Shown here: one piece after another, positions 42,287 to 50,973 of the stretch
Position numbering within the stretch: the first letter of the stretch is position 1
Layout: every line of letters begins with the position of its first letter
Source of the DNA: Candidatus Cloacimonadota bacterium
Lineage (GTDB): Bacteria; Cloacimonadota; Cloacimonadia; JGIOTU-2
Direction: 5' to 3'
NCBI GenBank assembly: GCA_018334695.1
Contig: JAGXLO010000002.1
Span: forward strand, 2,242-66,241
Length of the DNA stretch: 64,000 bases
Notes under the pieces: model-generated
The model's input: the letters and a program-made list of their open reading frames with translations, nothing else
Database searches by the model: none
Told to the model about the DNA's origin: nothing
Position numbers and translations under genes: made by a program

Positions 42287-44125
42287 ATGATGGATAAAAC
42301 CAAATTCACAGCTTCTAGAAGAAACATATTTTTTGCCGTATTATTTTTGATGATTCTATCGCTTCCTTTTATTAGCCGCGCAGATGATCTTTCAATTTCA
42401 TCCTATGTAAATAAAACAAATGTATCCCTAAACAGCACTCTGCAACTCACTGTGGAGGTAACTGCAGATAAAAACGTTGATGTTGATCCTTTTATTCCGG
42501 ATTTGACGGGACTGAAGATAATTGGACAAAGCACTTCAAGCTCTACTTCAATCAGAATAACCAACGGTAAATCCTTTAGAAGCATAGAAAAAGATTTTAT
42601 CTATACTCTTTCTCCTAATAAAACAGGTAAGATAATCATTCCCTCTATCAGCGTAGAATATCAGGGTAAATCTTACAAAACAGAGCCCATAACAATTACA
42701 GTGGAAAAAGGTGATATTGCTCAGGATCAGCGTCGGAACAAACGCGATGACGAAAACTACAGCAAACCCACGGACTCACCCGGAGGAAAAGTATTTCTGC
42801 GAGCTACAGCAACCAAAAATGAGGTTTATGTAGGTGAACCCTTTAGTGTGCAATACAAAATTTATAGTACGGAAAACCTTACAGGTCTGCAAGCAGAAAA
42901 AATGCCGGAATTCTCTAATTTTCTTAAAAAAGAGGTATTTCAGGCAGATAATATAAACCATTCCCTGGAAACTTTAAACGGTAAAAGATATTATACCTAT
43001 AAAATTAGTGAATATACTCTCTTTCCCACAACTGCTGGCTCTTTTGAGCTTGACCGAATGCGGCTGGTTTGCTCCTATAGCGTGCCTTCCAAAAGCTTCT
43101 TTGACTTTGGTACCACAAAACGAAAACGCCTGCTCTCTACCCCTGTAAATATTAATGTGAAATCATTGCCAGATGTTAATAAACCGGCTGAATTTTCCGG
43201 AGCAATCGGTTCCTTTACCATAACTTCTGGCATCGACAAAAACAGAGTAAAAGCAGGGCAATCCATTACTTACACATTAACTATCTCAGGAAGCGGCAAC
43301 CTTGATATGTTTGATCTACCTCGCCTGCCCCGTATCAATAATGTAGAAAGCTTTGAGCCTGATACAGAAACAAAATTCACAAACTCACGCAAAACAACCG
43401 GACAAAGAATATTAAAGTACGTACTTATACCGCAAGAGCAAGGGGAATTTACCATACCTGCCATAGAATTTTCATTTTTTGATACCAATTCGAAATCTTA
43501 CACCACAATTTCTTCCTCCCACCATAAGTTTACAGCTACCAAGCCTGATAAAAACTATGGTTCTATCTCCATTACCACTCCCCAGGGCATACAAGTCCAG
43601 GGCAGTGACATCCGTTTTATTAGGGATAATCCCGCTGTTAATGATTATAAACTTTTCTACAACTTATGGTGGTATTGGCTAATTGCTATTTTGTCGGTAA
43701 TTCTGGCGATCTTTTCCTTTTTATATCGAAAAGAACGTGATAAACGCCTGCAAGATAGGGGATACTATCGTTTTAAGGTTTCAAACAAGCAATTAAGAAA
43801 AGATATGAAGCAAGTTAGAGATATCCTGGATAGTAAAAGAATAGATGAATTTTTTCCGGCTGCCGCAGCAACCATTAAGAATTTTATAGCCAATAAATGC
43901 AATTTTTCCGCCAGTGCTTCCACAATGAATGATATTTTGGCAAAACTGGAGAAAAACGAAGCTTCAGAGGACTTAAAAAAGAAGGTGAGGGACTTTTTTC
44001 GCTATTCAGACAACCTTCGCTTTGGTGGTTCGGATTTAAATCAGGAAATCATCAAGGAAAAATACAATGAGCTCCAAGAAATAATTTCCGGCTTGCAGAA
44101 AATTGATTTTAGGAGAGATTCATGA
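42287..44125 (+). CDS. batD: BatD-like protein
   Basis: 612 aa. Signal peptide, large extracytoplasmic beta-rich region, a C-terminal TM (WWYWLIAILSVILAIFSF) and a cytoplasmic tail. Operon position after batC. Confidence 0.6.
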   Translation: MMDKTKFTASRRNIFFAVLFLMILSLPFISRADDLSISSYVNKTNVSLNSTLQLTVEVTADKNVDVDPFIPDLTGLKIIGQSTSSSTSIRITNGKSFRSIEKDFIYTLSPNKTGKIIIPSISVEYQGKSYKTEPITITVEKGDIAQDQRRNKRDDENYSKPTDSPGGKVFLRATATKNEVYVGEPFSVQYKIYSTENLTGLQAEKMPEFSNFLKKEVFQADNINHSLETLNGKRYYTYKISEYTLFPTTAGSFELDRMRLVCSYSVPSKSFFDFGTTKRKRLLSTPVNINVKSLPDVNKPAEFSGAIGSFTITSGIDKNRVKAGQSITYTLTISGSGNLDMFDLPRLPRINNVESFEPDTETKFTNSRKTTGQRILKYVLIPQEQGEFTIPAIEFSFFDTNSKSYTTISSSHHKFTATKPDKNYGSISITTPQGIQVQGSDIRFIRDNPAVNDYKLFYNLWWYWLIAILSVILAIFSFLYRKERDKRLQDRGYYRFKVSNKQLRKDMKQVRDILDSKRIDEFFPAAAATIKNFIANKCNFSASASTMNDILAKLEKNEASEDLKKKVRDFFRYSDNLRFGGSDLNQEIIKEKYNELQEIISGLQKIDFRRDS

Positions 44126-44868
44126 AAAAAATATCACTTTTTTTAATAATTCTTGTTTTATTTTCCGGTGTTCTTGCTGCTGATTATGATATTTCGGCTG
44201 CTAACCAGGCTTATAAAAACCAAAATTATCAAAAGGCAGAAGAAATTTATAAAACTCTTGTCGATAAGGGAGTAAAAAGTTATGACCTGTTTTATAATCT
44301 GGGGAACGCATATTTTAAGATGGGTAAAAAAGCCGAAGCAAGATTATACTACGAAAAAGCTGCCCGATATAAGCCCCTCAACCGTGATTTGCAACACAAC
44401 TTGCAACTTCTCAAATCCACTCTAAAGGATAAAGAGGTTGACGATAAAGGATTTTTAGAAAACCTGGCTCAAAAGATGTTCTACTTTTTTTCGTCAAAGG
44501 CTTTGGGATTTTTAACTCTTTTATTTTTTGTAATTCTTATGCTGCTTATTTCGGCTCTGGTTATCTACAGAGGCAGGAAAAAGAGGCAGCTGGTTAAGAT
44601 ATTGCTTGCTATCGTTGCGGTCCTGTTCCTACTGTTTCTCCTTTTGACTGTATTCAGGCTATCTGCCTTCCATAAGCAGAATTCCGCCGTTATTATGGCT
44701 GATACAGTGCTGGCATACAGTGGTCCCAGCCGTGATTTTCAGCAGGTCTTTACTGTTCACGCCGGGCTAAAAGTAATAGTGGAAAAACAAAATCAGGACT
44801 GGAGCCTGATAAAATTACCCTCAGGTCTGGGCGGCTGGATAAGAAGTGAATCATTGAAGAAGATATGA
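44122..44868 (+). CDS. batE: BatE-like TPR / SH3-domain membrane protein
   Basis: TPR (YNLGNAYFKMGKKAEARLYYEKA). 2 TM. C-terminal SH3b-like segment (DWSLIKLPSGLGGWIRSESLKK). Confidence 0.6.
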   Translation: MKKISLFLIILVLFSGVLAADYDISAANQAYKNQNYQKAEEIYKTLVDKGVKSYDLFYNLGNAYFKMGKKAEARLYYEKAARYKPLNRDLQHNLQLLKSTLKDKEVDDKGFLENLAQKMFYFFSSKALGFLTLLFFVILMLLISALVIYRGRKKRQLVKILLAIVAVLFLLFLLLTVFRLSAFHKQNSAVIMADTVLAYSGPSRDFQQVFTVHAGLKVIVEKQNQDWSLIKLPSGLGGWIRSESLKKI

Positions 44869-45626
44869 TACAAAAAACCTAATATTTACCTTCACTATTT
44901 CCTCAAATACCCACAAATTACCATAAATTCCTGCAGACCCCTAAACACCTAACCTCCTAAACTTCTAAATAATGAGTTATCAGAAAAAACAACTGTTTGA
45001 AAATTGCAAACGGTTCGAAATGAAGATGTAATAAAACTTACCAGAAATTTAAGATACTACAATTAGATATGTTAATTTCAATTACATAATAATATTAAAG
45101 CAGGAATTTGATTCCACAAGTGGGCTACTAAAAGATTATTTTACTATTTATTGTTGTTTCGCAAATATATTCACCATAATCCCGCAAAATCTTAACTGGT
45201 AGAGAATATAGTATATTGGAAATACTTTAATTAACTTGAATATATTGATAACATAAGAAATAATGCATCTTCTAGAAATTTGGTCAATTTACATCAGGAA
45301 GAATTCACAAATTATACAGAAGGCAGAAGAGATTATGAAAAATTTGAAAATTATGAGAACTTTTCAAAACTTATTTTAGAAATAAAATAGATGTGGTTTC
45401 TCTGACCTCCCTATCATAATTATTAATTGAACAGGGACATGGAGTGTTACATAGTGCTACATTAAGTTAAAATTGAGTAATTTACAAAACATTTTTTCAA
45501 ATCTATAAAACTATCCTTGTTAAGAGTGAAATTTTATAATTAATGCTTCTTTTAAATCTCTCCTTTTTCCTTAAAACCTTGACTGCAAATTTACATTTTA
45601 AATTTTATTCTTATGGAAAGGATAAC

Positions 45627-47258
45627 ATGAAGAAGACTATATTAATATTAGTAATAATTATTTTTGTTAGTTGCAATTTATTATTTACTCAAGAAGATTA
45701 CTACAAAAAAGCCAAAGGACTTAGTGGAGAGCAGTTAAAATCTGCTTTGCATAATATCATTAAAGACCATAAGAAGTATCCCTACTTTAGTGATACAGTG
45801 GGAGTAGGGGAGATGATGATGGTATTGGATGAGGATCCTGATAATCAGGAAAATATTATTCTGTTTTATACAAACCGTTCTCAGCCTAAGAAATATACCG
45901 ATTGGGGAGATGATTTCAACTATATGCAGGAATACAGCATTCCGCATGAGGATGCCTGGAACAGAGAACACACCTGGCCCAAGTCACATGGATTTCCGGA
46001 CAGAATAGCAGATACTGCCTATACCGATATTCATCATCTGCGTCCATCTGATCGTTCTGTAAATGGAGCCAAGGGAGCCAAGGGATTTGATTATGGAGGT
46101 TATTGGGTGGAGGAAACTGATTCTGTTTTTACTGATTTTGATTCATGGGAACCATTTGACGACATTAAAGGTGATGTTGCCCGCATGCTGTTCTATATGG
46201 TTGTTCGCTATGAGAATGACGGAGAGTATGATCTGGAAATAGTGGATTCAACCGGCACTTCAGGACCGTACATAGGCAAATTATCCACATTACTACAGTG
46301 GCATAAGATGGATGCGGTGGATGAAAGGGAGAAACGCAGGAATGATCTTATTTATGAAAGATTCCAGCATAATCGTAACCCCTTTGTAGATCACCCCGAA
46401 TTTGTCACAGAAATATGGGGAGAACCCGAATATAATCCCATCATAAATTTATCCGCACCTGAGGTAAGATTTGGCAATGTTAAAATCGCTACAGCTTGCG
46501 AACCTGTAAAATATGCTGCTACAGCTTATAATCTTGAATCAGAATTAAAAATATCAGCCCCTGTAGGTTTTCAGATCTCAAAGCAAAAAACAGGCAAATA
46601 TACAAATACACTAATTTTATATCCTCAAGATAATTATGTAAATCGAATAATCTATGTTCGTTTTAGACCAGAAAATAGTAGAGTTTATAATGATTACCTA
46701 AAATTATCAGCTGCAGGTGCTGTAAGCAAGAAGCTTCCGCTTGCCGGCAGAGGTGTAGATCCTGCTACAAAAATTATTTTACAGGAATCTTTTGAACAAG
46801 GTGAGGGTGAATGGAAAGAATATAGTATCGCGAGTAATAGAGATTGGTATCATTCTTCCTATTCCGGCAGATGGTTTATGAAGATAAGTGGTTATAATGG
46901 CAATGAACCCAGTAATGATTGGCTAATTTCACCCTGTATAGATCTGACTACTTACGAATCAGCTACATTACATCTTGAAACTGCTAAAAATTATGATGAC
47001 ACCATAAATGGTTTGCAAATCAAGATCTCAACTGATTATCCAGGTGAGGGTAATCCGCAGAATTTTGGCTGGAAATCACTTGATCTGGAATTATCAAAAG
47101 GTGATTATAAATGGGCACATTCGGGTTACATTAACCTGCAAGAATTTGCCGGAGAAAAAGTATATCTTGCCTTTCATTATCGCAATACATCTCCACGCAG
47201 TGCTACTACCTGGGAAGTGGATGATATAGTGGTTACAGGTGTACCTGCAAAACCCTGA
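45627..47258 (+). CDS. extracellular endonuclease I family nuclease with about 270-aa C-terminal beta-rich extension
   Basis: Endonuclease_1 motifs NREHTWPKSHGF and DIHHLRPSDRSVNGAKG. Signal peptide/lipobox (FVSCN). Start placed at ATG 45627 (GGAAAGGA RBS) rather than the ORF-track 45543. Confidence 0.7.
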   Translation: MKKTILILVIIIFVSCNLLFTQEDYYKKAKGLSGEQLKSALHNIIKDHKKYPYFSDTVGVGEMMMVLDEDPDNQENIILFYTNRSQPKKYTDWGDDFNYMQEYSIPHEDAWNREHTWPKSHGFPDRIADTAYTDIHHLRPSDRSVNGAKGAKGFDYGGYWVEETDSVFTDFDSWEPFDDIKGDVARMLFYMVVRYENDGEYDLEIVDSTGTSGPYIGKLSTLLQWHKMDAVDEREKRRNDLIYERFQHNRNPFVDHPEFVTEIWGEPEYNPIINLSAPEVRFGNVKIATACEPVKYAATAYNLESELKISAPVGFQISKQKTGKYTNTLILYPQDNYVNRIIYVRFRPENSRVYNDYLKLSAAGAVSKKLPLAGRGVDPATKIILQESFEQGEGEWKEYSIASNRDWYHSSYSGRWFMKISGYNGNEPSNDWLISPCIDLTTYESATLHLETAKNYDDTINGLQIKISTDYPGEGNPQNFGWKSLDLELSKGDYKWAHSGYINLQEFAGEKVYLAFHYRNTSPRSATTWEVDDIVVTGVPAKP

Positions 47259-47773
47259 TGAAGGAAAGAATGGCTTTGTGACTTTGTGACAGTGTGTAGA
47301 GAAGAAAAGGATTCAGGATACAGGGATCAGGATTTAGAGGTCGGAGGACTGAGATCGGATGACAGAGTACGGTAGACGGAGGATGGAAGCCGGATGCCGA
47401 AGAGCAACGCCGATGATTCCTAGTCCATGAAAAAATAACTAAAAATTTTGGACAATGTAATTCCCCTCTTGAGAAGGGGGAACCACGAAGTGGTGGGGTG
47501 TGTAAAAAGTGATAAAAAATTAAAAGAAAAAATGAGTACCTTACTGGTGCGGAAAATATGGAGTGTGTTGACCGTGTCAACACTACATCGACCCATTTGA
47601 TCAGCCAATTAGCAGACAAGTTACATTCCAGAATATGCTAGTTCAAATACAACACAAAAAGCTTCTCATTAACCGCAAGCTTCAGCTTGTGGCATCTTGA
47701 AATAACCAATAAATCACAGTCCCTTCAGGGATTTATAATAATTTCTTCTAACTTCATTTTTTTGCTTGCCCCG

Positions 47774-47875
47774 TGGAATCCAACAAGTCGGTGTGCCCAG
47801 CACAATTCCATTGGGCTTGCCAGATGGAATCCGACAAGTAAGTGTGCCAAGAACAATTCCACGGGGATTGCTCTT
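47774..47875. repeat. two-copy imperfect 51-bp tandem repeat with internal and outer inverted repeats
   Basis: Unit A tggaatccaacaagtcggtgtgcccagcacaattcca... and unit B tggaatccgacaagtaagtgtgccaagaacaattcca... have period 51. Each is bounded by tggaat/attcca. Outer 11-bp inverted repeat ccccgtggaat (47769) / attccacgggg (47856-47866). Confidence 0.7.
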
Positions 47876-48281
47876 ATGATTTTTCGGTAAGTTTACTTCA
47901 ATGTGACTTCCCAACTCGTTAGAAAAAGTCGAATTAATCCCGGTAGCATAGCGTATCGGGACAGAAGCTTATATTATTTTGAAATATGATATTCGTTCAA
48001 CTTTCGGTAGATCTTTCGGTCACTACGTTCCCTCGAAGATGATAAAGTGTCTGGGGTAGTTCGTTTAATTATTTTCTGTGCAGCTAATATATTCAGTTGA
48101 GAGTAAAAACATATTGAATACATATTTCAAAAAACAAATATGCATTCCCCAAAGGGGATAAATAAATTAGCATAGGGTTCTCTACCCTATGTGTAAGATT
48201 AGGAGAAGATTCATTCGCTGAAAGCGATAAATAGTTTTGTTGAAATCCAAGGCAAAAGCTTCTAAATGAAACATTTGGAGT

Positions 48282-48305
48282 AGCCGACTCTGTCGGCTGT
48301 TTTTC
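48282..48305 (+). terminator. intrinsic terminator, + strand, about 1 kb downstream of the nearest + strand gene
   Basis: Perfect stem agccgac / gtcggct with loop tct followed by GTTTTT. On the minus strand it has no U-tract. Confidence 0.6.
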
Positions 48306-48400
48306 TATTTCTTTAATTAATCAACAAATTTGTAATGTTTGATTCCGGCGACAGCACACGCCGACTCCAGAATATATGTTAATTAATCAATTTGAAGGAA

Positions 48401-49351
48401 TTATTTTGTAAAATACTTCCTGTCTGTCAATGTATGCCAGTCCGTCCAGGTGCTTTTGTCTTCCTGTGCTTGTTTAATAAGGGAATCAACTCCAACTACA
48501 AAGGCATCCATATTATCGGCAAAATGCAGTAAAATCGCTTCACGAATTTTGGGTAGGACCACAGCCCCCTTTTCTCTATCTCCGTGATGACTGAGCATAA
48601 GGTGCTGAATTTTATTTTTAAGAGACTCCGGAAAATTATTAATCCGTTCACATTGATCAACCACCATCTTGTTTCCAATCACAATATGACCTACCAGCGA
48701 ACCTTTGTCCGTATAGTCAATAAAAGGTTCCATGTGATATTCTTCCACTTTTCCAATATCGTGCAGCATAGCACAGCTAACCAACAAATCTCGATTCACT
48801 TCCGGATACAATTCAGAAACAAAATCACAAATTCTTGTTACAGTGAGAGAATGCTTTAAAAGACCGCCCAAATAGCTATGATGCCAGGATTTAGCAGCGG
48901 GAGATTTAGTAAATTTTTTTAGGAATTCCTGATCTCCAAATATATTTTCCAGCATTTTTTTTATGTAAGGCTCTTTTATTGTTTCAATATAATTGATAAA
49001 TTCTTTGGATAATTCGTTTACATTTTCTTCTACAGCCGGTAAAAAATCAGCCATGGTATATTCTTCTTCCCTGGCTTGGCGTATTTTTTTTATATTCAAT
49101 TGTACTTTTCCCGAATAAAGTTCCACCTCAGCTGTAATATTTACAATATCACCTTTTTTGAATTTCTTATTATGAGTTTTGGCATTATCCCAGATATTCC
49201 CTCGCACATGACCTGTTTTATCAATACATTCTACTGCTAGAAAAAATTTACCCTTTTTTGTTTTTCGCATCTGTTTTTTTGTGATGGCAAAGTAACTGTT
49301 TATAGTTCCATGCATTTGTTCCGAAAGTTCGTTAACAAAATATTTTTTCAT
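48401..49351 (-). CDS. yhaM: YhaM-like 3'-5' exoribonuclease (OB-fold plus HD domain)
   Basis: 316 aa. N-terminal OB-fold region, HD motif (HHSYLGGLLKHS ... LHDIGK). Size matches YhaM. Confidence 0.65.
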   Translation of the reverse strand: MKKYFVNELSEQMHGTINSYFAITKKQMRKTKKGKFFLAVECIDKTGHVRGNIWDNAKTHNKKFKKGDIVNITAEVELYSGKVQLNIKKIRQAREEEYTMADFLPAVEENVNELSKEFINYIETIKEPYIKKMLENIFGDQEFLKKFTKSPAAKSWHHSYLGGLLKHSLTVTRICDFVSELYPEVNRDLLVSCAMLHDIGKVEEYHMEPFIDYTDKGSLVGHIVIGNKMVVDQCERINNFPESLKNKIQHLMLSHHGDREKGAVVLPKIREAILLHFADNMDAFVVGVDSLIKQAQEDKSTWTDWHTLTDRKYFTK

Positions 49352-49360
49352 AGTTGACCT

Positions 49361-50428
49361 CTATTCTGTTACATAAATTGGATTACTATAAATCCAACCA
49401 TAGATTCCTCTTAAGATTTCTACTCTGTAGAAACCGGGCTCTTTTACTTCAAAGTTTAGCTTATTCTGATATTGAGAAATTATTCTTTCACCATTATGTA
49501 TAACACTGATATGGCAATCCTGCGGTAAATACGTATAAAATCGAAGTTTACCGACGGATAAAGAAATTTCTTCTCCTGATAGGGCAAATTTGCCTTTATC
49601 CTCGGAAAAGATTCCACAATAGAACATCTCCGGGTCTGCGTTGGCATAATTAACTATAACGGAATTTCCATTTTTTAAAGCCGCAAGTATCTGCTCTTGT
49701 GAATTTTCCTTTTTTAGTTTCTCTCTCATCCAGATATTTGTTCGAATAGTTTTAAATAGCTTCTTATGTGGTAGCAGAGTAAGGGATAAAGAACCAATAG
49801 AAAGGCTTTTGCCGTGTGCATCCACTCCGCCTATTCCGCTCTTTCTTAAACCTTTTTTATTGTACTCATCCCACTTGTCCAAAGACTTGCGCAGAGGTTT
49901 GCTCAGTGTTAGATTGGGAGCTGCTATACTTTGGACTACACTGGGAATTTTACAAAAGCTGTCTGTCCATTGTGATAAATAGTTCCAAATCTCAATACCG
50001 TCAAATTTTTCTGTATCCCAGTAATTCCATTCATATTTACGAAAAAGTTTGGATTTTCTAATCTCAAAGGGGTGAGCAATGAATCCTATTCCATTTTTTT
50101 TAGAGATGTTCTCTACATATTCCTTTGCTGGTATAGCTTTATCATAGGCTTTTTCTGTATTGTAAACAAGATAATGATTATTCTTTTTCGGATCATGCAT
50201 CTCATAGCCGGGAATAGTGATAATATCCGCGCAGTTAATATTTTGCAGATCATCTTTAGAACCCAGACTTAGATGGTCATTAAATGTGATAAAATCTAAA
50301 CCAACTTTTTTAGCAGCATCAACTACTTTTTTTACCGATACCGGTGAATCAAATGAATGTTCCGAATGAATATGAACACAGCCGGAGTAAACATAAATTT
50401 CATGATCAAAAATTTTTTTCTTAAACAT
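49361..50428 (-). CDS. PHP-domain metal-dependent phosphoesterase
   Basis: PHP signature CVHIHSEHSFDS...DFITFNDH...GFIAHP...GGVDAHG. Confidence 0.6.
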   Translation of the reverse strand: MFKKKIFDHEIYVYSGCVHIHSEHSFDSPVSVKKVVDAAKKVGLDFITFNDHLSLGSKDDLQNINCADIITIPGYEMHDPKKNNHYLVYNTEKAYDKAIPAKEYVENISKKNGIGFIAHPFEIRKSKLFRKYEWNYWDTEKFDGIEIWNYLSQWTDSFCKIPSVVQSIAAPNLTLSKPLRKSLDKWDEYNKKGLRKSGIGGVDAHGKSLSIGSLSLTLLPHKKLFKTIRTNIWMREKLKKENSQEQILAALKNGNSVIVNYANADPEMFYCGIFSEDKGKFALSGEEISLSVGKLRFYTYLPQDCHISVIHNGERIISQYQNKLNFEVKEPGFYRVEILRGIYGWIYSNPIYVTE

Positions 50429-50527
50429 AATGATTGTTCGATAAAATCAAAAACAATAATTACAATGTCAATATAAATCACAAATACTTTTCTTGACAGT
50501 ATTTATATTTCAAAAAATTAAATAACT

Positions 50528-50935
50528 ATGAAAATTAAGAAAAAATTATACAGAAATAAAGAAAATGGAATGCTTGCTGGTGTATGTGCTGGTCTTTCCG
50601 ATTATTTTGATATAGATGTAAATGTTTTAAGAATTGCCTGGGTGGTTTTAGCCCTTTTCTTTGGCAGCGGTATTTTTATTTATCTAGCTGCAACTTTAAT
50701 AATTCCCGAAAAACCCCACAATGAAAACGTAATTGAGATGGTAGAAACTTCCACAGAAAAAAAATTAAGATTATCACAAGAAAATAAAATGCTTGCCGGT
50801 GTTTGTGGCGGATTGGCTGAATATTTTGATGTGGATGTGAGTGTAATTAGATTTATATTTATTATTTTAACCTTTGTCTATGGAATTGGGATTATTACCT
50901 ATATTATACTTTTAGTTTTCCTTCCGGAAAAATAG
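50528..50935 (+). CDS. tandem PspC-domain membrane protein
   Basis: Two copies of the PspC motif (MLAGVCAGLSDYFDIDVNVLRIAWVVL... and MLAGVCGGLAEYFDVDVSVIRFIFIIL...), each followed by a TM helix ending in PEK. Confidence 0.7.
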   Translation: MKIKKKLYRNKENGMLAGVCAGLSDYFDIDVNVLRIAWVVLALFFGSGIFIYLAATLIIPEKPHNENVIEMVETSTEKKLRLSQENKMLAGVCGGLAEYFDVDVSVIRFIFIILTFVYGIGIITYIILLVFLPEK

Positions 50936-50973
50936 CTTGATAATTTTTAGTTCATAGGGCTAGAGTTGATTTA

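Noticed and set aside
47233-47619. 128-aa minus-strand ORF spanning the GC/purine-rich block
   Set aside because: The translation is low-complexity Pro/Ser/Leu-rich with no start context or motif. It overlaps the endonuclease stop. It is more likely non-coding sequence that happens to be open.
47687-47914. 67-aa (+) and 66-aa (-) ORFs over the 51-bp tandem repeat as annotated genes
   Set aside because: They were not called as CDS. The + ORF needs a TTG start without RBS, and both strands are open simply because the repeat period is a multiple of three. Kept only as a finding.
47259-48400. tRNA, tmRNA, RNase P, SRP or 6S RNA in the large intergenic region
   Set aside because: I looked for a T-loop GGTTCGAATCC-like box, tmRNA 5'/3' ends, RNase P CR-I/II/IV boxes and the SRP GGUGCUGUUU box. 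None were found, so no known RNA family is asserted.
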